A stretch of 63,696 nucleotides of DNA, filler included, from Choristocarpus tenellus KU-1152 (taxonomy: Eukaryota > Protista > Phaeophyceae): the NCBI GenBank assembly GCA_964200185.2. It is 14 parts of 14 records of this genome, joined end to end, with 100 filler letters (N's around TTAATTAATTAA, not from the genome) between each part and the next. Parts side by side here need not be neighbours in the genome. Positions count along the whole stretch, not along the records: positions 1 to 7,410 come from CAXNAD020006196.1; positions 7,511 to 10,804 come from CAXNAD020020978.1; positions 10,905 to 13,816 come from CAXNAD020023704.1; 11 more parts are not named here. One strand, written 5' to 3'. Position 1 is the first letter of the stretch. Every line of letters starts with the position of its first letter. This document shows positions 1-13,438 of the stretch, piece after piece. Made by a program: the position numbers and the translations under genes. The notes beneath the pieces are model-generated. The model was not told where the DNA came from and did no database searches. It saw only the letters and a program-made list of their open reading frames with translations.

Positions 1-899
1 CCACCCCACCCCACAGATACGTTGGGACAAAAGTATGACTGATATTGTGCACTCAAGAGGAAGAGGGGTGGTGGACCTAGTGATCTTCCATTAACCTAAC
101 CACCCTGGCAGGTGGAACACGACCTTTGTGGGAGATTGATCACTTCCAGATGAAGTCCTACGGGTTTGTTGTTGTTGTACTTTGGAGTACAGATGAAAAG
201 AAGTACTTTGGGAGTCATCTTCTTACATGGTCTTACACCCAAAAAAAAGTCTCACACGGTCATTGATACGTGGGGTTTCATATGTTGTGCATACGTAGTT
301 GATACAATATATTTTTGTAGTAGACACTAATTGGTGTCGTTTTACCTTCTCTTGTGGAGTACAATCTAACTGAACCTTTTGACATGACTTATGAGACACA
401 TGGATGCATCAAATAGCAATTCGTGCATGATTTCTAGATAGCATCAAATGGCATCAACATTGAGAAGGATATTAGGATTTGTATGGCACCATCACTCTCA
501 AGCTACAAAGCGTATATATATACATTGAATAAATAGCACAACAAGACAGACGTTTAAGAGGGTGTGACAACTACAGTGGGTGGAAGAAGGGTAAAATTCT
601 TCAAGGGAATGTACAGCAACGGAGCATTGATTGGTAAAACATGGTCACTACTTGTTGTGGTGCTACAGCGATATTGAATGCTACTCTGAAGTATCAATTA
701 AGAAGAGCCTTGGTGCTAGTGATACATCCTAAGACTGACTGGTGCCTCTCCATTCAGGATTATTCGTAGTCAAGACAAATTTGGGGGTGGGGGTTGCAAT
801 CATCCTGACTCCAAATCCCGTTTAACCTGCACGGAGAGATGCAACAACAACGGCACTGCCACTACGACGATGATGACATTGGATATTAATAGTACGAAG

Positions 900-1710
900 T
901 AAGCAAGACAACAGGCACCTTGCCAAGTCTTTCTTTCCAATTTTATTGTACATAATAGGATGAAGTCTCAACAGGACCTTCAACCCTCGTGATTGTTGAA
1001 CTCACTGGAGGAGTAGTCTTTGAAGCTGGGATTTGAAAGGGTTATACAACGGAGTTCTGAGAGGTAGCACAGGAGGTGGGTGATCCTTCATGGCCTGGTT
1101 TGCTTTAAAACAGGCAAAATGCATTTTCTTATTAACACACACTGCATTCAACAATGCAATGGGACAACAGCCCACATCGCCACTGAGGGTGAGATCAGAG
1201 GTGGTTATACTGATTGAGTTCCTCAGTTGCTAAAACGTGGATCCTGGACTATACCCATGTTGGTGAAGCCCATGGAGAGTTCTAGAAAGGACCAGTTGAT
1301 ACAATTTGAGTGCAATCGTATTGAGAGTAGTAGTGGAAGAGCGTAGTTGTCTTAGGAAGAGCACTTCCAAGCTGTACTTGAAGTCATTTCTTGTCAAATT
1401 AATGCTTCCGTAGCAGTGTTTTTTTCTGTGATTATCTCTGACATTGGCGGAAGAAGAAATTGTTGAGTCAAACCAACTGAGAGTTAGGCAGGGTTACAAT
1501 TTAAGGATCCCAAGAAGGGGCAATAAGATGTAGTTTTGTACAATTGCAGAAAGAGCCTTTGCTGAAGTGTGGTGTCACTTCGTGTGGAGAAAGGGGGAAT
1601 ATCAACTTTGCGTATAGTACACGTAAGGCAATTAAATATAGAGTATTGCATAGGGTAAGAAAGGTGACTTAGACTGGGAAAGAGTCCAACCCTGCCTACC
1701 ATTCAATTGG
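900..1710 (-). mobile_element. Possible highly decayed LTR-retrotransposon gag remnant
   Basis: PBS-like TGGTAGGCAGGG near 1700 on the minus strand, followed by stop-riddled coding-like sequence and a broken zinc-knuckle-like FCLF*SKPGHEGSPTSC near 1070-1120. No RT or integrase motif found. Confidence 0.25.
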
Positions 1711-3649
1711 TCTTACTCATTGCTCACTACTACCTAATCTGGAGTGAGAAAGGGGACATACGACTCCTTCTGAAAATATCATTTGTAATTGCTTCGAAAT
1801 GGTACGTTTATGTACTGGGAGTATCATCCTGTACCCCCACAAAACAAAGCAAACACGAATTTTGATCGTTAATAACGTTCGATCCAAGGTCCTTGATTGA
1901 GCATTGCGTATGTAGCTAATCGGATCATCACTACAAAATGGAAAAAAAAGGAGATACAAACTATTCCCATAGTATTTCACAATCATATTAAGTCGCTCGT
2001 TAACGTAGAAGAGAGCATAGCGTTCATGCCTTTTCCCTTGCTTGGTGGAATTAATTTCCGCTCTTACTCACTACCAGACCCATCCTAAATAAGAATGAGG
2101 GCGTAACGGACAACGTTTTTCTAAATCGAAACGTATTTGTACAAATAACTCATTATCTCTTTGAGACAGGAACAGCACATTCATTCATCCCACACAAATG
2201 ACTTAAAAGATAGCTACCCCCTAAACCTTGCCATGACTCAGTCTAAGTGGCAAGTCTCTGCATGTTGTAATTTCTGGTATTTTGTAAGGAGTTGTGTTTG
2301 ATGCATCTGTGCGTAAGTGCATGTTTCCCTTCTTTGGCGACATTCACCAGGCTCAAGGATCCAGCAGTCACATCCACCCATGCCATAGCCTTGCTTCCTG
2401 AAGAAAACTAACTGTTGTTTATTTCATAAAATATGGCTCCTTTGCAGCAGTGGTTTGGTTGTTTCGATAGCAAGCCCCACATCCACTTAAGTTGCTGGTA
2501 TAGCAGTGTGAGACGTATGCCTATTCGATCGCCGCATTTATTTCTTCCAGTGTACACCTGGAAAACATCGAGTACTCCAAATTACTATCAGTGCACTATA
2601 TGGAGAGTGGAAATTCGTGCACTAGTTCTGTAGTCAGCCAACCATGCACTGAGTCGTATGGACTTCCTGACACAGGAAACTCTTTATGTTGCAGTACACA
2701 ACTGAAAGAGGACAGAGGGTGGAGTCAAGTATCTAGAACTCTGGGGATTTGTTGCGAAGAATACAGCCTTTTGGAGAACCAGCCCTCTGTAACAGACAAT
2801 AGTTACGGAAAGTCTTCCTGCAACACCCCCTCTCTTCCCTCTCAAATCTAATCTCAACTCCTTTGCGATTTATTATTGACGCTATCACCCTGCCATCACT
2901 CAACCTCCAAGGTTGGAGAACCCAAAGCCAATCAATCCCCTCTCTCATCTCAAGCCACCCCTACCTTTTTGAGGCTTTTTACTAAATTCTCGAGACGTAT
3001 TTTTCTACTTGCATTCTATGTTAGTTTTTCTTATAACTTTCGTAAACCTCTGAACCTATCGACAAAGTGGTCAGCTGGCTACTTTCTCGGTAGTTCAGGA
3101 GTTTAATAAAAGTTCTGACATTCTAGCACTGATTGCATCATATTTCCGTCCCACTTGGAAGAAAAATCACAACTTAGAGGGCACGCTATGCTTCAAGCCC
3201 TAAATAATTGCTCCATAGAAATAAACTGTGCAGGAGACTCTACCACTGCTACTGGGAAGTTCTGTGGCACATGCATCCCATTAAGAATATATAATTCCGT
3301 TGAGAACCGAAAACAAAAAAATCGCTCATATTATATCGACTATCTTGAACTTAAAGTCTGGTTGCCTTGTATAATGCCCATCTATGCTGCAGAGAATGAG
3401 AGAAGGCTGTTTGGTATACCACAGCCCAGATTTTACCGCTGACGACACTTCAATGGTCAGATATGACCACTTAAACTAACCAGGACATGGAAGTAGGGCA
3501 GCTCCCTACCAATTATGCCCCTGGCAAAATGACAAACGAGAGGTGAGAAGACTAGAATCCGAACTTCAAAATGTTGACATCCAAACAAAAACTGTTTGCA
3601 TCCCCAAATGGCAAGACAATCACTTCGTGCTTGCAGTGTTGTCAATTCC

Positions 3650-6600
3650 TTACGGCAGCTTAGCAGTCAGCGTCCACACATCTCGGTTGGTAAGAATGTG
3701 AGCGTCCTCCTCTGCATCAGTTTCCACCTTACCCTCAGCATCCAGGCGCATTGCAGTGGCCACCTTTGATGCTGACATCTTACGGAAAAGAATGGGAAAG
3801 GGGAGGGGTCGAGTTTGTGTGGGATTAGATTTTGAAGCATTTTTTAAGAATCTGTCCATGCATGGCCAAACCTTGGGTCTCCACAGGAAAATATGTATTG
3901 AGGGATGTGACCCAACATGAAGATATTAGTAGTACATAAAGAAGGTATTGGAAGAACATGGTTCTATTTCGAATCCTACGCGTATACAAAGTGCTCTGGC
4001 CACCTCCTCTTGCAGGAAGATAGGACATTTTATCCCTCATCAACTCCCCCCCATTTGACAATCAGTATTACAAGCAATTACCAAGTACATATGTGAGGCA
4101 TGGTCGGGAATACATCACAGTCTAGGCTAGGGTAGACACCGAGAAGAAGTTGAGTAAAGGTATGCACCTGCGCATTTCGAATTTGAAGCAAATATTCGCA
4201 TAACCGTGATATTCTGAATTGAATGCTTTGGGAAGTGCAAGATTAATCGGCCCCAAAACTTAGAATGTTTGTTGCAATCAAAAAAGTATTGGTTCACATA
4301 TATCTGGGGACCATCCCGATCCATGGTCAGAAGCATTGCATGTAGTGTGTAATTAATCTCCTTGGTAACTACTCAGGAGAGGAGTTACCTATTTGTTATG
4401 GTCCGATTCAGGTATACTACCTGAGGATTGAGGCGATTTGTTAAAGTAGATGACATTTGTGTCTATTTTTTTTGTCTCTGACAGAAAAAAAGGACCATTA
4501 TTACACTCTCCCATAGCCTTGTATTTCCAAGCCGCTCCCTTCCTACTCTTGTTGGCTACACATATGTCATACGTACCCGATCTACATAATGTACATTTCG
4601 TCACATGCCACCCACCCTTTCAGTAATAATATGTTTATCTGGGAAGGTTACTCAGTCACACTGTGAACTCAAAGCAATAAACACATAGAGTCCTACGATA
4701 GATGCACTGCTATTGGCCTCAAATTTCTTGCCCTTACTGCTCGGCTTGACCGTGAGCTGCCACATTGGATCATCAGTGTTGGAGATATGGGAGAGGAAGA
4801 GGTGCCGTGAAGGGTGGATGAGGGTTAGGGAAGAAAAAACGAACCTTTACCTCTGGCACAAACATCCTGGTGACCTTTTCTGTCAATTTTCCCTTTCCAG
4901 GCCACCCCAGATGACCCAGTCGCCAGATTGTGACATGGGGATATCCAGCAGATATTACCGCCTCGACATGAAAATAGGATTGAAAACACGTCGAAGAACA
5001 TTGAGGTCAAAGCACTATTTAAAGGGTCGCAGCAAACTCAATATATATATATACATATATAGGTACAGTCGTGAGACAAAATGTGTTCCAAGATGCAACT
5101 CGAGAAACTACAACTTATTTTTTGGAGCGAAACCGTCCCTGACTGGCTAAGGTTAGGGTTAGAACCTGCTGTCAAACTCTACCGATCATGCTCCCCACTT
5201 CCGATGAAGTGCAGTCTTTTAATTGAGAGTAAATACACAAGGACTTTTGATCCACATGCCAGTAAATCATTACTCCTTTTTTGCCATAACGAAAATGCCA
5301 TTCGCTCATTAGATTTTGATCCCAGGCAAATAAGTGAGTTGAATCACAAGCTACAGTTGTTGTTGCATTTAAATACAATCTTCAATAGCATTTTTTTTTT
5401 TGTCTTTCTTCTCTCACCCGACAAACTCGACGTCAGTTACATATTGAATCAAAATGCAACCAAATGGTTTTATAGTGATATTCAAGTGTAGTATGTTATC
5501 TGTTGAATTGGATGCTTCCCACTCTCAGCCTACTTGTATGCTAGCATTCTGGTTACTATAGCCCCACGCCAGGGAGACTCGCCCAATCTCCTCAGCAGGG
5601 TGAAGACGGGGCTGATGACATTTCGGTTTGACTCTTTGATGACATCAAGGTATAAGCGAAGCTCCAGCAACAGGTTTTTCAATCTTGCATTAGACAAGCC
5701 AATCACACTTCAAATGCAAACTGCCACCACATCATCTACAGACCCAAAGTTGTGAGTACTGGCAGGAACAAGTGCAGTACTTGCAAGGACCAGGCTACTT
5801 CAGCACAAACGAGCTTATACCACAGTCGCATCATTCACAAGATGACGCGGCTTCCTTGCGTTAAGTTGGCTCAATGGCAATATTGCTCAAACCCTAACCC
5901 AAAAAATCAAATTTATAGATGATTATGACGAAGGGGAAGTAACCCCACCCTCCCGAGCAGTCAATTCTACACAATCCCTCATTGCCCTCTCAAAAATATA
6001 CATTTCTCCTGCTTCTGTAGGTCGAGTGTTTTCTCTATGTTAATCCAAAATATGCGCACACAATTTTAACACACGACAGTTCCAATAAGAACTCTCTCCC
6101 CCAGCCCTCAGTACTCTGGGTTGTATCCTTCCCTTTAAATCACTGTACTATTAGAAATAGTGGTAAGCACATAGTTGTTCCACCAGTCAGTTCCCTTCAC
6201 TCTAACCCCCCTTCCCCTCCTAACTCCAAGATTTTGGCTCCGTACTTCTTCATCCTCTGCTGAGGAGATACCTACATAGTCGCGTGACAGTGGCTAGTGC
6301 AATCATCAGTATGCTGGAAGACATACGTATATACATAGGTTGCTCAGCAAAGTGTATTCCAGGTCAGTTGCCTAATTTCTATAATTGCAGCAAAAAAAAC
6401 AGAAATATTGGGACCTAACCAAATCTTGATTCTGCCCGGCCTTTACGGCAGCGTGCAATGAAACTCCAGAAGCCAACTTTGGTGAAGGCCATGATCAGTG
6501 ATTGCACTGCATTTTTGAGCCGGAAAAAAGTATTAAATGATGCACAGCATCTTGCAGTAGAATGTTTGCCCAGTTCGAAACCCTTCCCAAAAAAATACAC

Positions 6601-6805
6601 ATTGCAACTGCCGACATCTCTTATCTTGATTTTTACCGTAACTATAAAGTAACAGCACTGCTGGTAAGACTCGATCATTGCTATTAATCGCAGGTTCACC
6701 TTCTCACCCAGTCCCTTGGTCCTTAGAGACAGCAATCGGCTGGAAGGAGAGGCCCATTGAGTAGACACCAGGCAGAAATGATCTGCTCCTGATACCCTGG
6801 TCAAC
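3650..6805 (-). CDS. HTATIP2/TIP30(CC3)/YraR-like atypical SDR oxidoreductase, 3' three exons (5' part not found)
   Basis: Exons 6805-6700, 4961-4851 and 3778-3650 join in phase with GT-AG: LTRVSGADHFCLVSTQWASPSSRLLSLRTKGLGEK|AVISAGYPHVTIWRLGHLGWPGKGKLTEKVTRMFVPE|MSASKVATAMRLDAEG...HILTNRDVWTLTAKLP*. This is collinear with the TIP30 pattern HFxLxSS.GA..SS.FLYLxxKGxxE...SxFRPG.L...V..VxxAM...LxNxxI. Confidence 0.75.
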
Positions 6806-7410
6806 CTTGTTACATCCTCTAAGTAACCGAGGTTAACTGCACATACATATTGATCAAAAGAGTAAGAATTAAAATTTGTAGTGGGAATCTAGATGCATTG
6901 TTGAATAAGAACAGAGTTCTTGGAACTTGACATGTAGAAATTGCTATTCTGAGCATGAGAGCAAAGAGTCGGTTCTTAAATATACATAAATCTGTGCCAA
7001 ACCAAAAGCGCAAATAGAACCATATCAAGGGGTATTGCATAGCATACACTGAAATAGAAAAGATACTCTCTTGGAACAAGGAGGAAGCATGCGCACCATA
7101 TTTTAATATGCTCTACATACATTAATGTATCAAGGTGAGACATTTGAAGGAATTATGTCCTTTCTTTGGTAAGTAGACATTGCATGTTGTTCGATAGTAA
7201 CAGTGGCAAAGAGTGCACTACCCCATGAACAGTTTCTTATCTTGCACCAAGACTGTAAAGGGAGACATATTCAACTTAAAAAATCATGAAGAATTGGGGG
7301 AGGGGATTTAATAGGGTTAATTCTCTGGATGTGGGGTCAAAGTATCTGGGGGGGGGGAGGGGCAGCGTCCGTTTTTTACCCTTTTTTTGATTTTTAATTT
7401 TTGGTGTGTT

Positions 7411-7510
7411 NNNNNNNNNNNNNNNNNNNNNNNNNNNNNNNNNNNNNNNNNNNNTTAATTAATTAANNNNNNNNNNNNNNNNNNNNNNNNNNNNNNNNNN
7501 NNNNNNNNNN
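7411..7510. other. Artificial contig-joining spacer (N44-TTAATTAATTAA-N44); first of 13
   Basis: Identical 100-bp spacers at 7411, 10805, 13817, 16587, 21925, 25003, 31619, 34776, 37992, 41722, 44734, 55780 and 58722. The palindrome places stop codons in all six frames. Confidence 0.98.
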
Positions 7511-8510
7511 CCCCTCCCCCCCCCTGATTTCCCAGAAGCACATTTACTTTGTGAATGAAAAAAAAACGGTCTGCAAGAGTGTGGTATATTTCAAACACTT
7601 TTTTTTTTTGTTTTATTTTGTTTATAAAAGCAATTTTTCTTCCTTGTATCCTTTGGAAAAAAAACAAGTTACATCCTTACCGATGCACTTATAAAAAAAA
7701 AATCTTCATCTTCGATAAAATATAGAAAAAAATCTCAAAAGAATAAACAAAAACTAAACAGACGGAAACTGGTATTCCACTGGGGTCCTCCGATCTCGCA
7801 AATTAATTGAAAAATATCACCGATGGATCAAAATCATCGCGCCCTGCCACATCACCCACAATAAAAATAAAAATAAAAGAGGTGTATGATTAACCGCACT
7901 CAAAACAAAAAAATAATGTTACTGCAATAGACAGTTATTAAGTTGCTCCCAACGCTTAAAACATCTCATCTTACCACACTGCATTAAATATATATATATA
8001 TATATATATATCGAACACATTGCACCAACCTCTAACCCTAACCCTAACCCTAAATTTATATATATATATATATATTTCATTTAGGTTACGCTATACAACA
8101 AGACTGACCAAAAACATGATCATATATATATCGATGAGGTATCTCCTCCCTCTAAAAAAAAATGATCAGAAAAATAAAAAATCCTCTAAAAAAATGATCT
8201 CTCTACACCACGGACAAGCTCTTAAACACTACTCTCATTTAGGTTACGCTATCCCACAACACTAAACAAAAAAATATATATCACAAAATTAAAAAATAAA
8301 AATAATAAAAAAATCCTCCACCCGTTATAACCGCATCACTGCTTCAATCCTCAAAAACTATCCAACATACACAACTCGAGTCAGACCAAACATCAAACCC
8401 CTATTTTTTCTTTTTTATTTCTTCCTTCAAAAAAAACCCTGTGTATATACCTGTATCTCTATATCGTAACCCTTACTGTCCACTCTAGTATCATAACTTT
8501 ATCGTAATAC

Positions 8511-8666
8511 CTTCTGCGTATCGGGATGGGATCGTTCTTGCCGCTGACAGCCATGATCTGCTGTGGAAGGTTTTGCTTCATCATCTTCTTGATCTTCGCC
8601 TCATCCTTCTTGGTCTGCCTCTCCTCCTCCTCATCCCTCCTCTTCTCCTCCAAGTCTTGGAGGAAA
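8511..8666 (-). CDS. CDC5L: CDC5L/Cef1 pre-mRNA splicing factor, single internal exon
   Basis: (F)LQDLEEKRRDEEEERQTKKDEAKIKKMMKQNLPQQIMAVSGKNDPIPIRRR matches the CDC5 segment (ELEGKRR.D.E...RK.D...K......P.AI.....NDP...RKR) that precedes the L.LPAPQISD motif. Acceptor at 8667 (or 8656), GT donor at 8510. Confidence 0.7.
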
Positions 8667-8787
8667 CTGACACAAACATCACGGTTGAACCAATGATGAT
8701 GCCCACGCCGTGTATCACAGGGGAATAGTTAAGAACACAATAAGAAAGTCTCGACGGAACCTCACAAAAAATCGCAATCGAATCGAT

Positions 8788-8789
<2 letters not shown>

Positions 8790-8835
<46 letters not shown>
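8790..8835. repeat. (TG)n microsatellite
   Basis: About 23 perfect TG units. Confidence 0.95.
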
Positions 8836-8836
<1 letters not shown>

Positions 8837-9649
8837 ACACCATCCGTGTCTTATTATACCGGTAAAAAAAAAGTAAAAATATAAAAAAACATCAAAATAA
8901 AAATATAATAATAATAAATTAATAATAATAGTAAGTGTGATTCATGCCACAGAAATTAATGTTATCAATAGTACCAAGTACGCATATACATTCCTGATGA
9001 CAGGATGTATACCATAGGAAACAATAATAAGATTAAAAAGAATAAACTGACCGTTCCTTTAAAAAAAGAAAAGGCGTTAACTTTAGAACATAAATATATA
9101 CATACATACACATACCTATACATACACACCAGAATTTCCAACATTTCATCATTGTATACTATAAAGATATTTCAACCACTAGCGGCCACACTGACACACG
9201 TACATCCACTATGCATCCATGTACATACTATACATCCCATACACAAATCAACACAAATCATGCCATCTTTTCTTAAGATAAGGACCCCATAACCCTAACC
9301 CTAACCCATGAAACGTTCTCCTGTGGTACTCACTCAATGAAAACAAAAAATAAATAATACCCAAACAATCGAAGGCGTCTTTCTTTGTAACAACATACGT
9401 ATTTTTTCAACCAGGGCTTTGTTCGGTTGGGTCTTGGACTCTCGAACGACCTATGTTTTTTTTTAATATTATTTAAAAAATAATGAATACAACGATGAAT
9501 GCATGTGACTAAATATAATAAAAAAAACTTCAAAGAACAGAAAAATAAAAACTCTTGGATATTTATTCTTGGATATTTCTGATGTCTACGTGAAGTTATG
9601 GTTTGAGGCATATGGACACATGTGAAGGCCAAAGGGACAACTAAGTACA

Positions 9650-10000
9650 TACACGCAAAACACAGTACGCTGCAGCACCAGGCAACACAAAACACAACAC
9701 AGAAAACCGTAACATAGCACAATACAACATAACACACAATGTACCAAAACAGTGTCAAACACAACACACAATATAACACAGCAAACAGTAAACACAACTC
9801 AACTCGACACAACACAATCCAACACCACACAACGTAACAAAACACAGCACATCAAAACACAGGCAAACACAACAAACACAATGTAACACAACAAAGCGTA
9901 AACACAACAAAACTCAACACAACACAACGTAAACAAAACACAGTAAAACACGTAACCTCAAAACACATTCAAACACCACACAACGCACAATAGAAGAAAC
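9650..10000. repeat. AC-rich low-complexity degenerate (ACACA/AACAC)n tract
   Basis: Degenerate pentamer array; it produces the spurious Cys/Val/Leu-rich ORF 9330-9845. Confidence 0.85.
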
Positions 10001-10904
10001 GGTAAAACCACTACAACCGACGACGCCACCTGACATAACAAAAAAAAACCTAACCCTAACCCTAACCTTAACCCTAACCCAACGCCGTACAAACCAAGGA
10101 GGAAGAGTAACGATCCAAGCCTATCCCCAGTCCGATCCAACTAGAAGATTTAAAACAATATTTATAATAAACAACTCGCTCCACCCACACCCATGAAAAA
10201 TATATTTTTTTTAAAACACCAACAGAAAAAAATAAACAAAAAAATATGTCAGCTAAGATCGATGGGCAAGTGTGAGCATAACAAACAAGACGGTATGACG
10301 GCCATACCACACACCGCCAGTGGTATAATGCAAGACATAACGCCAAATGATACCAAATCTGTTTGAGGTACCCAGATGGAGATCTCCAATTTCTCAATAA
10401 CACAAAATTATTATCACACCCAGGACTGAGAGATCTCTCTACAGGAATAATTGTGAGGCATTAGCCGAAAATATTAAACCAATACCAATCTACTAACACG
10501 CACACCATTACACAAACACTACACCATTCTCCGTGCTCCTAATTAATCCCATCTAATTACACACACACACACAATTCTATCAGACAACAAAACAACACCC
10601 TCTCATCTCTCTCGGAGCAAGAAAAGAAAATTCTAGGAAATTTACAAACCGTACAAGATGATACTACAGAGATTGAGGACAAGACCCAACAGACAACCAC
10701 ACGACCAAATACATCCAACAACACAGGGCCGTCACCCCCCCCCCCCCCCCCCCCCCCACAACAGAAAAAAAAAAACCCAAAACACAACAAACACACAAAC
10801 AAAANNNNNNNNNNNNNNNNNNNNNNNNNNNNNNNNNNNNNNNNNNNNTTAATTAATTAANNNNNNNNNNNNNNNNNNNNNNNNNNNNNNNNNNNNNNNN
10901 NNNN

Positions 10905-11127
10905 GTGACATGAAAAAATTGACCCCAATTGGACAGCTGCTACCCCCTCCCAGATACTTTGAGCCAGTAGGTAAAATGTATACGTTATGAAAAGGTGTGA
11001 CCGGAACAAGGATATTTACACCTCCTAACAAACATGAAAACCAAAATTACATCAAAAAAAAAAAATTACAACATTGGATTTTGGCCCCCAAGTGGACGCG
11101 GATCTACCCTCTAAGATAATTTGACTC
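10905..11127 (-). mobile_element. MITE-B end (10905-10965) inserted in MITE-A (10966-11127)
   Basis: The B terminus CCCAGATACTTTGAGCC abuts internal A sequence AGTAGGTAAAATGTATACG. A ends TACCCTCTAAGATAATTTGACTC. Confidence 0.85.
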
Positions 11128-11418
11128 CTAGATTTGATTTGTAATATCACCCCTGAATATTTTTCAGGTGGATCACTGGCTTCGATGTACCCACTGCCAT
11201 TCCTTAAGCCTCAGACAAAATTGTACCATACACTAGACCAAATTGCACTGTGGCAGCATGGACATTTTCCGAAGAGCATTGAATAACAATAGAAATATGT
11301 AGTTACAAGTATACAGAGAACATAAAATTAAAACAAAAACAAGCCATGATGAAAATACTATCAACAACCATTGACCCGAAAATAACACCCTGACCCCAAA
11401 CTAACTCGGCTCTTGTAG

Positions 11419-11580
11419 GAGGAGGAAGTGGATGATGGTCGGGGTATGATGAGAGATCTGGACGTGATCGAACCAGCGGATGATAACCCCATGTCCATCC
11501 TGTGGGATGAAGAAAGGGAAGAGGGGACATCTGCAAGGCCCACCCGTCTGCTGTTGGTTTGTGTAGATCCAAAGATCAGG
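11419..11580 (+). CDS. Internal coding exon, unknown protein
   Basis: CTAAC branch point at 11401, TTGTAG acceptor, 54 open codons (EEEVDDGRGMMRDLDVIEPADDNPMSILWDEEREEGTSARPTRLLLVCVDPKIR), GTAAGG donor. Confidence 0.6.
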
Positions 11581-12289
11581 GTAAGGAGCACATGCAGAGT
11601 GCTCTCGACGGGATAACCCTAACCCTAATATTGGAAATATGAGAACAAAGATAAATTTAGTGGTCAACACAATGACTAAAACGTTACCTAGGAGTGTGTG
11701 GTATTACCGAAGGTATAGTTACTCAGAAGCTGTCTAACCCTAATCCTAACCCTAAAGTACGATGATCTATCGTGCACAATGATTCGCTCTAAGGCCTTAG
11801 ATTGAAAAGTACTGGTATATGCAGAATAATTGCATCTGGTGGTTGGGTATCTTTGTCTTATTTTAGTGTACTTAGGACTTTAATGATATTATTCTTCTGC
11901 ATTCCTCTTTCAATTCTATCATTTTATTTGTGATCTAAACAAAGATCTAAACCAGCATCTGATGATGTATATGGATATACAAAATCGTTCAGAATATCCT
12001 AAATATATATATATACATATTCTCAAAAGAAAATAAAACACACAAACACATGATAGATGCTACTTGCCCAGCTGAGACTAGAATTTTCAACTATTCCTTA
12101 GTATTCAGCACTTGATTTTTAATCACTATTTTTTCATGCCCGGTGCCTTGGGAAAGCTAAACACCATATGAATTAGTGACAACTAAGTAATAATTGACAA
12201 CTAAATATTCTACATTGTGGAGTGCGATGCAATTATATTCTCAAACACAGAGCTCTAGAGTTTCTCTGACAGGTATATATATGTATCTA

Positions 12290-12559
12290 TATGTAAGAGG
12301 TTTCCAGAGTTGCATTTCAAGGATGATCACAAACACGTGCAAAATTCAGTTTTTTCCACAAATGCTTATAGAATATTTTCTTAATTGCGTCAGAAAAAAA
12401 AGAAAAAAAAGAAAAAAACTTTGAACAATGGAAAAAACGCTCTCAAATCAAACTTTAACAAACCTTACCCATAGAAATATGGGTGAATTGCAAAGATTGA
12501 AAAGGATTCTCTATACTGAAAACTGCCAAAACCTCAGTGCTTCTTGTTTACTTTGACCC
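12290..12559 (+). mobile_element. MITE-E copy (other copies about 33227-33430 and 35992-36253)
   Basis: Shared core AACGCTCTCAAATCAAAC...CCATAGAAATATGGGTGAAYTGCAAA. Termini of the GRGYCAAAGTAWAYRAGA type; both ends are visible in the 35992-36253 copy. Confidence 0.7.
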
Positions 12560-12808
12560 ACTACTGAGCAATGTAAAAGCACTACTACTATTGTACTATC
12601 AATACCACATTTTAGATTGAGACCCATAATATCTTAGAGGGCATGTTGAGGGTTAGGGTTGATGAGGGCATGTTGTCCGTTCAAGGCTTGATGGGGCATT
12701 GTAAAATATCCCAGTTTGATGCCCGTTTTCCGGCCGATTTTTGTTCAGACTTGGTTGAGGCAGGGGTATGGAAAAGGAAGATGCAATTCAGATTAAGGAT
12801 ATTGCCCT

Positions 12809-12879
12809 CATCTGAATTCCCTTACATCTGAATTCCCTTACATCTGAATTCCCTTACATCTGAATTCCCTTACATCTGA
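12809..12879. repeat. 16-bp minisatellite (CATCTGAATTCCCTTA) x4.4
   Basis: Perfect tandem units starting at 12809, 12825, 12841 and 12857. Confidence 0.95.
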
Positions 12880-13438
12880 CACGCTCACTCGTATGACACG
12901 AAAATCACTGCAGGTTCACACATGTCGTGAATGAAGGACTAACCCCCCCTCTAAAAGATACTATGGGCCTTGACCAACGCTTCTGTACTTTGCTCAACAA
13001 CAACAACAAAAAAAACATCGACAAGCGATCAATACACAACAAACAAAAAAAAGTTCTCGCAAGAGCTCCAGCTGAACCTATTAGATTCATGCACCCTGTC
13101 ATTGAAGTCTCGTGATACTTCATGCATCAAAGAACAACTGAGATGTGCAAACTTCTTGATACCGCCTAGATCAAATTATCTACCACCCAAAACAGAACCA
13201 TATCACCTTCTATTTTTTTATTCTACAAGCCACAACACCGCACCTTCTATCGCCTTCTATCACTGTGGAAAACGATCAACAATCGAAAATGCCCTTTTTG
13301 GTGGAGTGTGAAGGGGAAGGTGCACTGAACTGAAGCAAGCGAGAGAGATACCCCCAAGGGTTTTTTTCTTTTGTCATTTTTTTCTTTTGAAGCCACTTTT
13401 TTTTCAATCTTTTGGAAATCACTATATTTTTATTATTT

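Noticed and set aside
2235-2400. Extra terminal exon (KQGYGMGGCDCWILEPGE...) for the TIP30-like gene
   Set aside because: Phase-compatible, but family homology is already complete at the stop at 3650.
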